Notes under the pieces: model-generated
Told to the model about the DNA's origin: nothing
Seen by the model: the letters and a program-made list of their open reading frames with translations, nothing else
Databases searched by the model: none
Shown: one piece after another, positions 9,755 through 18,923 of the stretch
Position numbering within the stretch: the stretch's first letter is position 1
Layout of the letters: the number at the start of each line of letters is the position of its first letter
Source of the DNA: Methanoregula sp.
GTDB taxonomy: Archaea > Halobacteriota > Methanomicrobia > Methanomicrobiales > Methanospirillaceae
Assembly (NCBI GenBank): GCA_039698055.1
Contig: JBDKTL010000032.1
Span: forward strand, 1-64,000
Direction: 5' to 3'
Length of the DNA stretch: 64,000 nt
Translations under genes and position numbers: made by a program

Positions 9755-10632
9755 AATTCAAGCGCCTCGTCAAAACGGGTGTAAAATGGCAGTGCTGCAA
9801 CGGCCCCGGTTATTCCTCGTCCCTTCATCAAAACCCGTAGTTTTTTATCGTGAAGACTGTCAAAAAGGGTCGAGTCCACCTCGCCACGCTTCACTTTCCG
9901 CCCGTAAGCCAGCAGTACATCTGAAGGAGTGAACCCGGTGTATGCAGCCATACCGGTTTTTTCCGACAATGTGTATTTTTTGAGAAGATGGTGAAATCGC
10001 TCAATAAGCCGGTCCGGTTTAGTTGTGGCAAACTCAAGTACAAGGCTTACACAGTTCTTGGTCCGGTACGCAACAGGATACAACTGCACAATTGTATGTG
10101 ACAGGTATGCAGATTGTGCATCCTCAACCGCCTTTGATATGTTGTGGACAAGGGTCCATGTCGCTCCTTCTTCCGGGGTGTCCGTATCATCTACCCCGAT
10201 GAGTACCCGCTGTCTTTGGGGCAGCCAGATAGTAGAGCGGGCTATTTTTCCCCCACCGGCAGGATCAGACTGGTGACGGAGGACACCTTTTGCATCCGAA
10301 CGGCAGGCAGTAGCGCCAACACCTCCTCCACCCATGCCAATATACGAGATCTCAATCTCGTCCTCATCCACCACGACTCCGGAGATCCCCGCCGGGAACC
10401 GCGAGCCTTCCAGAGCGAGATCGACAGTACCGGGATGAAGCATGTAGCGCATCGTTGAACCGACACACCGGGCTGAATCCACAAGCGGGCTTTTCACATA
10501 ATGGTGCCGCGACCACATCGCACCGCCAACACAGTCGAAAAATTCGATAAGTTCAACGTTACGTGAGTCCTCGTCCGCTACCGCGACAATCTGCGGATAG
10601 TGAATAATATAGGGTTCAGATATGCTCTCCAT
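9736..10632 (-). CDS. Methanogenesis marker protein 11 (TiaS N-terminal-like domain)
   Basis: GGAMW, YIGMGGGGVGA, IGVDDTDTPEEGATW and TKNC motifs. Confidence 0.75.
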   Translation of the reverse strand: MESISEPYIIHYPQIVAVADEDSRNVELIEFFDCVGGAMWSRHHYVKSPLVDSARCVGSTMRYMLHPGTVDLALEGSRFPAGISGVVVDEDEIEISYIGMGGGGVGATACRSDAKGVLRHQSDPAGGGKIARSTIWLPQRQRVLIGVDDTDTPEEGATWTLVHNISKAVEDAQSAYLSHTIVQLYPVAYRTKNCVSLVLEFATTKPDRLIERFHHLLKKYTLSEKTGMAAYTGFTPSDVLLAYGRKVKRGEVDSTLFDSLHDKKLRVLMKGRGITGAVAALPFYTRFDEALELCDGKT

Positions 10633-11572
10633 ACAAACCTGCTGCCTCTATTCCCCGGTTTCCCCACAATACTGCACCAAGAGCCCCGATACGTCCCTTT
10701 TTCCCATTCCGGTCAAGGAACGTTATTCCGAGTTTTTCCGCCTCGTTTTCTGCCTGCACAAGCGTCATGATTTCGGTCTTGACGCCTTTGAACGCTGCAG
10801 AATCCTCTGAAAACCCGATCCCACGGTAACACGCAATCCCGGTATCCGGTGAAAATGTGTGCCCTTCGACAAATGTGCGGATATATTCCTGCAATTCGAC
10901 AACCTTTTCCGGAAGGACTGCAAAATTCAGTGCCGACCCCACACAGTTGGTGGTTTTATTCGGTACTTCAGGATTGAGCTGGATCAACCGCATGTTAAGG
11001 AATTCGACTCCTTCAATGGTGCATGCCTGTGCACACTTCAGCGCCATCACCCAGGTAGCGCCTTCTGTTTTCGTATCCGTATCATCAATACCGAAACAGA
11101 CCTTCTCGTACCGTGGCGAGACGATATGAACCCGGTTTGTGCGGGCACCACCAATTTTCAGGTCATCTTCTGTCGGGTATTCCGCCCGGATCACACCGGG
11201 AGCCTGGGGGAGACAGGCAGCTACGCCCACACCGGCACCTGCGATGCCCATCCAAGTAGTGATAACTTCAGCACCGTTGATTTCCACTGCTTCCAGGGCC
11301 TGTCCACCGATTGTATCTGAAGCAGCACCAAAATTCACGGGATGCCTTCCCAGCTTTGCATGGATGGTCATTGAACTGCCTTCAACATCGCACGACGTAA
11401 CAGCTCCTCCGGCACGGCGCCGGTTCATCGCATCCCACTCAATAGTACCGCGGGCATGGCATTGCTCGATAATCTCCGCCATACCGGCACGTTCGTCAAC
11501 CATTACAAGAAATTTCTTTGCAAAGAGCTGCCCAAACCGCTTCTTCACATCTTCGGGTGTAAGTGTGATCAT
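10616..11572 (-). CDS. Second marker-11-like / TiaS-like paralog
   Basis: GIAGAGVG, GIDDTDTKTEGATW, KTTNC and GRIGALGA; alignable with the neighbouring gene. Confidence 0.75.
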   Translation of the reverse strand: MITLTPEDVKKRFGQLFAKKFLVMVDERAGMAEIIEQCHARGTIEWDAMNRRRAGGAVTSCDVEGSSMTIHAKLGRHPVNFGAASDTIGGQALEAVEINGAEVITTWMGIAGAGVGVAACLPQAPGVIRAEYPTEDDLKIGGARTNRVHIVSPRYEKVCFGIDDTDTKTEGATWVMALKCAQACTIEGVEFLNMRLIQLNPEVPNKTTNCVGSALNFAVLPEKVVELQEYIRTFVEGHTFSPDTGIACYRGIGFSEDSAAFKGVKTEIMTLVQAENEAEKLGITFLDRNGKKGRIGALGAVLWGNRGIEAAGLYGEHI

Positions 11573-11680
11573 GTTATCGCCGAAATTTTCGTTAACAAGA
11601 GAATCGGCAATAACACTATATATAGAGAGCTGTCCGGGTTGCCACGTTAAATATTAACGGAAAATAAAAAGAGGGAAATA

Positions 11681-12565
11681 TTAGAGTACCTTGTGAAGCT
11701 CAAGTTTGTAGGGTCCGAGCGTGCCGCCAAAATTTCCTGCGGAGATAAATTTCACACCCGGCACCATGGCCGCGGCCTTGACACCGGCACCCATTGCTGC
11801 TGCAACACTCTTCTCATCCACTCCATCAATAACAATCTCATAGACTGCCTTGATGCCTGCAGGGATCTTTGAATCTGCAACTTTCTCGCGGAGTGTCGGG
11901 CAGTACTTCTCGTTTGTGGATGCCACCATGAACTTGTACTTCAGGCTGCCAACCTTGGAACCGCTTGCGACAATACCGCCAGGGAAACTGGTGATGACAC
12001 CTTTCATTTCGGCAATCGCATCAGACGCTGCCTGCGCACCAATGAGGGCCGCCATCTGGTTCTCACCCATCACAAAGAAGTTGCCGCCAGCGACGCCTTT
12101 GACAATGCCGAACTCTTCCTCTCCGACATATTCGCCATTCATAATGGGGATGACCCAGCATTTACGGCCACCAACTTCCTTTTGGTACTCATAACCGTCA
12201 CCAAAGAAGTGGAGTTTGACCGGGATCTTCTCTTCCGCATCCATGATACCGTTGAAAACAGCGGTTGTGGGTGCAGTGAGGATACATTCTGCGAGTCGTT
12301 CAACGACTTGTTCTTTGAGTTTTTTCTTGCCGGCACAGATGAGAATTGCAACGCCCGGTCGTCCATCGGGAGTCTCCGATGCAGGTATATCGCACTCGAT
12401 ACCAGCTTCGCACGGGCACCCGATTGCAGATGTTGCAAACCCGGTTGCCTCTGTTGCCGCTTTGCGTGCCCAGTCATTCGTAACCGCAGTAATAATCACC
12501 CGGCATACCCATGTAGGGAATGCCTCAGCGTAGGTGTTGTCGATAGTAACGCCGTTGATTTCCAT
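11681..12565 (-). CDS. ftr: Formylmethanofuran:H4MPT formyltransferase
   Basis: MEINGVTIDNTYAEAF, TPDGRPG, GVAGGNF, SGSKVGS and SAGNFGG. Confidence 0.97.
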   Translation of the reverse strand: MEINGVTIDNTYAEAFPTWVCRVIITAVTNDWARKAATEATGFATSAIGCPCEAGIECDIPASETPDGRPGVAILICAGKKKLKEQVVERLAECILTAPTTAVFNGIMDAEEKIPVKLHFFGDGYEYQKEVGGRKCWVIPIMNGEYVGEEEFGIVKGVAGGNFFVMGENQMAALIGAQAASDAIAEMKGVITSFPGGIVASGSKVGSLKYKFMVASTNEKYCPTLREKVADSKIPAGIKAVYEIVIDGVDEKSVAAAMGAGVKAAAMVPGVKFISAGNFGGTLGPYKLELHKVL

Positions 12566-12833
12566 AACATAACCTCCGGTATACCAAGAGTACCTCGATA
12601 TTTACTGAATAAATTTTCTAATTTAATCTGCAGTTTTTTAGAGCGCATTGAAAAATGAGACAAAGATAAAGTTATTTTAGTTGACTCATTTATATAGTAT
12701 ATATTGAAAAACTAAAAAACTTCAATTAATTGGTCGATTTTACGCACTAATTTCAGAACATTTATCTATATTCTTCTTCCACTCTTTTGATAATCGATTT
12801 TAGAATCGATCATAGTAGCTGGTGCGTGAAATC
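12566..12833. promoter_or_regulatory. AT-rich divergent promoter region (ftr / fwdG-hdr-fwd)
   Basis: Non-coding and very AT-rich, with TATA-like TTTATATA near 12689 and TTTATCTATA near 12761. Confidence 0.55.
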
Positions 12834-13100
12834 ATGACATTTGCAGTGCATATTAACATGGAACATTGTACCGGCTGTAACAATTGTGTCGTTGCGTGCC
12901 CGGTGGACGCACTTGAGCTCCACACGGTAGATCCGTCCTCAAAGGAAAAGATCTACAAAGTCAAGGACGGAAAATCGATCGTCCTCGACTTTAAAGGTGA
13001 GCTCTGCGCCGGATGTGGCGTTTGTGTTCAGGCATGCCCGCATGATGTTATAAGGCTGGCAGGGCCCTGGGAAACCAGAGCACAGGCAAAGGTACAATAA
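12834..13100 (+). CDS. fwdG: Formylmethanofuran dehydrogenase 2x[4Fe-4S] subunit G
   Basis: Two CxxCxxCxxxCP motifs; directly upstream of fwdF. Confidence 0.8.
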   Translation: MTFAVHINMEHCTGCNNCVVACPVDALELHTVDPSSKEKIYKVKDGKSIVLDFKGELCAGCGVCVQACPHDVIRLAGPWETRAQAKVQ

Positions 13101-13123
13101 GAGAACAGCGTGAGGGTTATTTC

Positions 13124-14296
13124 ATGGCATTGTTTCCAAAATACTCCAAAAAAAGGGATGGTGTCAACGTTGTGATGGAGCAAAAGCTCCTTCAGAACGT
13201 GAACAACCTGATTCTTAATTCAGAGACCTGCACAGGATGCGGTATCTGCGTCGAGTCATGTCCAGAGGAAGCTATTGTCCTCGGACTTGTCGGTGCATCA
13301 AGGCGTGGTGCAATTGATTACGCAGCTCCCGTTGATGTTGACGAGATGAAGTGCTCGTACTGTGGTGTATGCGTTATCATGTGCCCGTTCAACGCATTAA
13401 CTCTGAAGGTAGACAATCAGGAGCGGCTCCCGATCCTTGAAAAAGAAGGATTCCCGCAGTATGACATGAAGGCAGAGATTGATGACGAAAAGTGTGTCAG
13501 GTGCACGATCTGCGAAGAGGTTTGCCCGCGTGACGCCATTGACCGCAACGTTCCCGCATATGAAGGAACATACAAGGGACCGGTTGCCGGTGCAAAAGAT
13601 CGTCAGACATCGATCAAGACCAAGACAACATTTACGGTTGACAAAGAGAAATGTACACTCTGTGGTCTGTGCGGTGCACTCTGCCCGGCAATTACCGTGA
13701 AACACAAGGAGTTCACGGCAGAGGTTGGCAAAGTCGAAGGCGATGTGATCTGGGACGAAACCAAATGTGACGCATGCAAAGTCTGTGTCGAGGCTTGTCC
13801 TGAAGAGTGCATCACCGTCGAGCGTGAAGTTATTTCTGACAAGGTTGACGGTAAAGTCAGCATCATCCAGGAAAACTGCTGCACCTGCACATGGTGTGCG
13901 AAAAACTGCCCGACTGAGGCAATCACTGTCGAAAAGATTTTTGAAGGCGACATCGAGTTCCATGCGGAGAAATGCCCCGGCGGTTGCTCAACGTGTGCCG
14001 AAATCTGCCCGGCAAACGCAATTTACCTTCCATCCGCGAAGCCTGCGGCTGAAATGGGTCATGAGATCGAGAAGACCATCGCGGTAAACAAGGATTACTG
14101 TATCCTGTGCGGTGCATGTGTGAATGCCTGCCCTGGCGAGGATATCATCGTTCTCCAGAGAACCGGAATCCGTATGAAAGGCACGGAAACTGACCTGTTC
14201 AAGAAGATCAAAGAAAAACTCTTCACCAGAAGAACCTCGAAAGTGAAAGAGGGTATCACCGGGCAGGTTGGACTGAAAATGATGGAGAAGGCGTGA
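13124..14296 (+). CDS. fwdF: Polyferredoxin subunit F
   Basis: About eight CxxCxxCxxxCP motifs in the hdr/fwd operon. Confidence 0.88.
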   Translation: MALFPKYSKKRDGVNVVMEQKLLQNVNNLILNSETCTGCGICVESCPEEAIVLGLVGASRRGAIDYAAPVDVDEMKCSYCGVCVIMCPFNALTLKVDNQERLPILEKEGFPQYDMKAEIDDEKCVRCTICEEVCPRDAIDRNVPAYEGTYKGPVAGAKDRQTSIKTKTTFTVDKEKCTLCGLCGALCPAITVKHKEFTAEVGKVEGDVIWDETKCDACKVCVEACPEECITVEREVISDKVDGKVSIIQENCCTCTWCAKNCPTEAITVEKIFEGDIEFHAEKCPGGCSTCAEICPANAIYLPSAKPAAEMGHEIEKTIAVNKDYCILCGACVNACPGEDIIVLQRTGIRMKGTETDLFKKIKEKLFTRRTSKVKEGITGQVGLKMMEKA

Positions 14297-14305
14297 GGGA
14301 TTACC

Positions 14306-14887
14306 ATGGCAAGAACAAAAGGTTACCCGGAAGCGCTGGAGAAAAAACTTAAAGACCAGCGATATTATCGAGATGATTCAGCTCCTGATTTCACAAAAAA
14401 AGTAGAAGGAGTCTCACGCACCATCGCCCATATGTGCTACCAGTGCGGGACCTGTACAGGCTCATGCCCGTCTGCCCCGCGAAGCACCTACCGTATCCGC
14501 AAATTCATGAGGAGAGCGGTGCTCGGGCTCGAAAACGAAGCACTGACCGACCCTGATCTCTGGCTCTGTACCACCTGCTACAGCTGCACTGACCGGTGCC
14601 CGCGTGACATCGCGCCAACCGATGTGATCATGGCGATGAGAAATCTGGCATTCAAGAGGGATATCGTCCCGGTCAACTTCCTTAAGACCGTTCAGGCAAT
14701 CTATTCTTCCGGCCACGGTGTGCCAAACAATGACGTGAACAGGGCAGCCCGCGAACGACTTGGCCTGACCCGTGATCCGCCAACTACCCACATGTATCCG
14801 GAATATATCAAAGGGATCCAGACGATTCTTAACCATTACCAGCTCAAAGCGAACGCTGACCGGATTGTGAAAGAGAGGGAGGGGTAA
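14306..14887 (+). CDS. hdrC: Heterodisulfide reductase subunit C
   Basis: CYQCGTCTGSCP and WLCTTCYSCTDRCPR. Confidence 0.95.
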   Translation: MARTKGYPEALEKKLKDQRYYRDDSAPDFTKKVEGVSRTIAHMCYQCGTCTGSCPSAPRSTYRIRKFMRRAVLGLENEALTDPDLWLCTTCYSCTDRCPRDIAPTDVIMAMRNLAFKRDIVPVNFLKTVQAIYSSGHGVPNNDVNRAARERLGLTRDPPTTHMYPEYIKGIQTILNHYQLKANADRIVKEREG

Positions 14888-14893
14888 GAAACC

Positions 14894-15811
14894 ATGTCAG
14901 AAGCAAAATTCAAGTTCGCATTTTATCTCGGTTGCATCGCCCCAAACAGGTATCCTGGTTGTGAATCTGCAGCAATTAAAACATGTAAAAAACTGGGGAT
15001 TGAACTTCTCCCGTTAAAAGGTGCCAGCTGCTGTCCAGCTCCCGGCGCATTTGGATCTATTGATCTCAATGTCTGGTATGCAATGGCTGCACGGAACCTC
15101 GTACTTGCTGAACAGATGAAGATGGATATCGCCCTGTTGTGCAACGGTTGTTACAAATCCATCTGGGAGGTCAACCATAAGCTCAAGCACAACAAGGATC
15201 TTCGCGATGGCGTCAACGAAGTGCTCAAAGAAATTGATATGGAATACAAGGGCACGATCAATGTCTATCACATTGCTGAATTGCTCTACAATAAAAAATA
15301 TGTAGGGGCCGATAAAGTCCGCGAGAGCATAACGAACCCATTAACCGGTGCACGGATTGCCGTTCACTATGGCTGCCACTTGACCAAACCCCACAAAGAC
15401 CGTGAGTTTGAAGATGAAGTCATGCTGAACACCGAACAACCGGTATGGATGGAAGAACTGGTTGCAGCTCTTGGTGCAACACCGGTAGAATACCGCAACA
15501 AGATGCAGTGCTGCGGCGCCGGTGGTGGGGTCCGTGGATACGATATTGTCCACTCGCTGGATATCACCAATGAGAAGATGATCAATCTAAAGGAAGAGAA
15601 GGTCGATGCCCTCACCGATATCTGTCCGTTCTGTCAGCTTCAGTTTGACCGTGGCCAGATTGAAATTGAAGAGAAGTTTGGGGTCAAATACGGTCTTCCG
15701 GTTCTGCACTACTGCGAATTACTCGGGCTGGCACAAGGAATGAGCCCGCAGGATCTCGGGCTGGATCTCCATGCGATCAGCTGCGAACCGTTCCTGCAGA
15801 AGGTCCTGTGA
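14894..15811 (+). CDS. hdrB: Heterodisulfide reductase subunit B
   Basis: Two CCG domains (SCCPAPG, HYGCH, CCGAGGG, CPFCQLQFD). Confidence 0.95.
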   Translation: MSEAKFKFAFYLGCIAPNRYPGCESAAIKTCKKLGIELLPLKGASCCPAPGAFGSIDLNVWYAMAARNLVLAEQMKMDIALLCNGCYKSIWEVNHKLKHNKDLRDGVNEVLKEIDMEYKGTINVYHIAELLYNKKYVGADKVRESITNPLTGARIAVHYGCHLTKPHKDREFEDEVMLNTEQPVWMEELVAALGATPVEYRNKMQCCGAGGGVRGYDIVHSLDITNEKMINLKEEKVDALTDICPFCQLQFDRGQIEIEEKFGVKYGLPVLHYCELLGLAQGMSPQDLGLDLHAISCEPFLQKVL

Positions 15812-15821
15812 GGTGGGAACC

Positions 15822-17945
15822 ATGGTCGAAAAGAAGAAAGTTAGTCCCAAAAAGGAAGCCAAAAAACAGGAAGTAAAGAAGGAAGCCCCTGTAAAACAGG
15901 AGGCAAAGAAACAGACCACCGCCCCGGGTGCCACAACCAAACAGGAACCCCGTATCGGAGTCTTCATCTGCCACTGCGGTACGAATATTGCCGGTTCGCT
16001 CGACATCAAGGCTGTAGAAGCGTACGCAAAAACCCTTCCCGGTGTTGCATGGGCTGATAACTACCAGTACATGTGCTCGACACCCGGCCAGGGAAAAATT
16101 GAAAAGGCAATCAAGGATGATAAACTCACCGGTATTGTTGTCGCAGCATGCTCACCGCGCCTGCATGAGCCAACATTCAGGACCGCAACAAAAGAGGGTG
16201 GATTAAACCCGTTCCGTTTTGAGATGGCAAACATCCGTGAGCAGAACTCTTGGGTGCACATGCACGACCGCGAGGGTGCAACCGAGAAGGCAAAGGATGC
16301 AATCCGGATCGCGGTTGCAAAAGCAGCACTGCTCCAGGACCTGTTCCCCAAGACCGTACCGGTCGAAAAGGCCGCGATGGTTGTGGGTGCAGGAGTCGCC
16401 GGTATGCAGGCAGCGCTCGATCTTGCTGCAGCTGGGATCAAGACTTACCTCATCGAATCAGCACCCTCAATTGGCGGCAAGATGTCCCAGCTCGACAAGA
16501 CATTCCCCACTCTCGACTGTTCACAGTGTATCTTAACACCGAAAATGGTGGATGTCGGTAGGAGCCCCGACATCGAGCTGATGACCTACTCCGAGGTCGA
16601 CAACGTAGAAGGCTACATCGGGAATTTCGATGTGACCATCCGTAAGAAGGCACGCGGTGTCCTGACCCCCAAGGAGGCAGAGGCACGCGGGATCATCGGT
16701 GGCGGCTGTAATGGTTGCGGTGACTGCGATGCAGTATGTCCGGTAATCAAGCCAAACATTTTCGAAGTAGGGATGAAGCCCCGCAAGGCAATCTATATTA
16801 ACCACCCGCAGGTCGTTCCTCTTATCTACACGATCGACTTTGACACCTGTGTCAAGTGCGGACTCTGTGTAACCGCATGCGGGCCGGAAAAGAAGGCAAT
16901 CGACCTTGAATCAAAAGACGAATTTGTCAAGGTCAAAGTGGGTACGGCAATTCTTGCAACCGGGTATGACATTTTCCCGATAGAGAAGAAAGAGGAATGG
17001 GGATACAAGCGGTACGAGAATGTTATCACCAGCCTTGAATTCGAACGGCTCATCTGTGCATCAGGTCCGACCGGCGGTCACCTTGTCCGCCCAAGCGATG
17101 GCGAGACTCCAAAGAAGGTCGCGTTTGTGCTCTGTGCAGGGTCCCGTGATAACACCGGTGTCGGAAAGCCGTACTGTTCACGGTTCTGCTGCATGTATTC
17201 GCTGAAACATGCCCACCAAATCATCGAAAAGATCCCCGGATGCGTTCCCTATATCTTCTACATGGATATCCGGTCGTTTGGTAAGGCATACGAGGAGTTT
17301 TACTACCGTATCCAAGATGAAGGAGCCAAGTTCATCCGCGGACGCGTGGCAAATATCCTCGAAGACCAAAAAACCAAGAACCTCCATGTCTACGCCGATG
17401 ATACACTTCTTGATCGCCCGGTGGATATGGAAGTTGACCTTGTTGTTCTCGCAGCAGCCGTTCAGCCCGCAGCAGACACAGAAAGGACCCGTAGATTATT
17501 CGGTGTTTCCTGTACTGGTGACGGCTGGCTCCAGGAAGCTCACCCGAAACTGAACCCGTGCGGAACAACAACCGCCGGGGTATTCCTTGCTGGTGTCTGT
17601 CAGGGACCAAAGGATATTCCTGACACCGTAGCATCAGCAGAAGGTGCAGCATCAGCAGCCAGTATCCCCATTCACCGGGGAGAAGTCGAGCTGGAGCCGT
17701 ATTTCGCTACATGTGTTGAGGAGAGATGTGCCGGTTGCGGTATGTGCATCAGCCTCTGCCCATACAGTGCACTTTCACTGGTTGAGAAAGACGGCCGTAC
17801 CGTAATGCAGGTCACCGAAGCAAAATGTAAAGGCTGTGGTACCTGTGGAGGATTCTGCCCCGGTGGCGCAATTTGGATGAACCATTTCGCTACACCGCAG
17901 ATCGTGGCACAGATCGATGCATTCCTGCTCGGGGGTGAGCAGTAA
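15822..17945 (+). CDS. hdrA: Heterodisulfide reductase subunit A
   Basis: GVFICHCGTNIA, ACSPRLHE, GAGVAG and KTFPTLDCSQC; start ATG 15822 after GAGGTG RBS. Confidence 0.96.
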   Translation: MVEKKKVSPKKEAKKQEVKKEAPVKQEAKKQTTAPGATTKQEPRIGVFICHCGTNIAGSLDIKAVEAYAKTLPGVAWADNYQYMCSTPGQGKIEKAIKDDKLTGIVVAACSPRLHEPTFRTATKEGGLNPFRFEMANIREQNSWVHMHDREGATEKAKDAIRIAVAKAALLQDLFPKTVPVEKAAMVVGAGVAGMQAALDLAAAGIKTYLIESAPSIGGKMSQLDKTFPTLDCSQCILTPKMVDVGRSPDIELMTYSEVDNVEGYIGNFDVTIRKKARGVLTPKEAEARGIIGGGCNGCGDCDAVCPVIKPNIFEVGMKPRKAIYINHPQVVPLIYTIDFDTCVKCGLCVTACGPEKKAIDLESKDEFVKVKVGTAILATGYDIFPIEKKEEWGYKRYENVITSLEFERLICASGPTGGHLVRPSDGETPKKVAFVLCAGSRDNTGVGKPYCSRFCCMYSLKHAHQIIEKIPGCVPYIFYMDIRSFGKAYEEFYYRIQDEGAKFIRGRVANILEDQKTKNLHVYADDTLLDRPVDMEVDLVVLAAAVQPAADTERTRRLFGVSCTGDGWLQEAHPKLNPCGTTTAGVFLAGVCQGPKDIPDTVASAEGAASAASIPIHRGEVELEPYFATCVEERCAGCGMCISLCPYSALSLVEKDGRTVMQVTEAKCKGCGTCGGFCPGGAIWMNHFATPQIVAQIDAFLLGGEQ

Positions 17946-18368
17946 ATGTCTGACGAATGGAAACCTAAGATCCTCGGCATGGTTTGCAACTGGTGTTCCT
18001 ATGCCGGTGCTGACCTTGCCGGTGGAGGTCGTATCCAGTACCCGCCGGACATTCGGATCGTCCGTGTCATGTGTACCGGACGGCTTGACTCGTTATTCGT
18101 GCTCAAGGCATTTACTGACGGCGCTGACGGCGTTCTTATCTCTGGCTGTCACTTTGGTGACTGCCACTACCTTGAAGGAAACTACAAGGCAGCGAAGCGT
18201 ATGTTCATGGTAAAACGGCTTATGAAGAGCATCGGGTTGGATGACCGCCGGTTCCGCATGACATTTGTGTCTGCATCGGAAGGCGCCAAGTGGGCAAAAG
18301 TCGTTACGGATGTCGTAAACACCGTCAATGAACTTGGCCCCAGCCCAATCAAGGAATTCCGTAAATAA
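17946..18368 (+). CDS. mvhD: MvhD [2Fe-2S] subunit
   Basis: CNWCSYAGADLAG, MCTGR and GCHFGDCHY. Confidence 0.95.
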   Translation: MSDEWKPKILGMVCNWCSYAGADLAGGGRIQYPPDIRIVRVMCTGRLDSLFVLKAFTDGADGVLISGCHFGDCHYLEGNYKAAKRMFMVKRLMKSIGLDDRRFRMTFVSASEGAKWAKVVTDVVNTVNELGPSPIKEFRK

Positions 18369-18518
18369 GAATAGATAACAACGTGGCAACGATGAGATCC
18401 CAGGAACAATCCTTTTTTGATAAGGCAGTGGAGCGCCTTTGTCACAATGGAGGAATTGATATGATAAACGGGAAATTCATTGTACCACGTTTTATGGAAC
18501 ATATTGGAGGAATATACA

Positions 18519-18923
18519 GTGGCAACGATACAAGTAAACCTGATTTCAGGTCGGAGCATCCAGCAGGGTGTTGCGATAGAAGGGGGAAAAGAGAAGCCCG
18601 CTTATCGCACTGCTGCCGGGATCATCGAACTTGACACATCAGATTTGAAGGCACTCGGGGCATGGAAAAATACCAATGTCCGGGTATCGAGTGCATATGG
18701 CAATGTTATTGTAAAGGCAATTGAGACTACGCAGGGACCTCATCCCGGGCTTGCGTTTATCCCCATGGGCCCATGGGCAAACCAGATCGTCAATCCGGAT
18801 ACCTATTCTACGGGTATGCCCACATTCAAGGGAACACCGGTTACCGTGGATGTTGCGATCAATGAGCCTATTTTATTAGGTATAGAACTTGTCCAGAAGG
18901 CATGCCGGGGTGAACTGTCATGA
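18519..18923 (+). CDS. fwdD: Formylmethanofuran dehydrogenase subunit D
   Basis: GRSIQQG and FIPMGPWAN...TGMPTFKG; GTG start 18519 after GGAGG. Confidence 0.92.
   Translation: MATIQVNLISGRSIQQGVAIEGGKEKPAYRTAAGIIELDTSDLKALGAWKNTNVRVSSAYGNVIVKAIETTQGPHPGLAFIPMGPWANQIVNPDTYSTGMPTFKGTPVTVDVAINEPILLGIELVQKACRGELS

Noticed and set aside
18383-18634. 83-aa ORF between mvhD and fwdD
   Set aside because: Overlaps fwdD out of frame and has no recognisable motif; probably spurious
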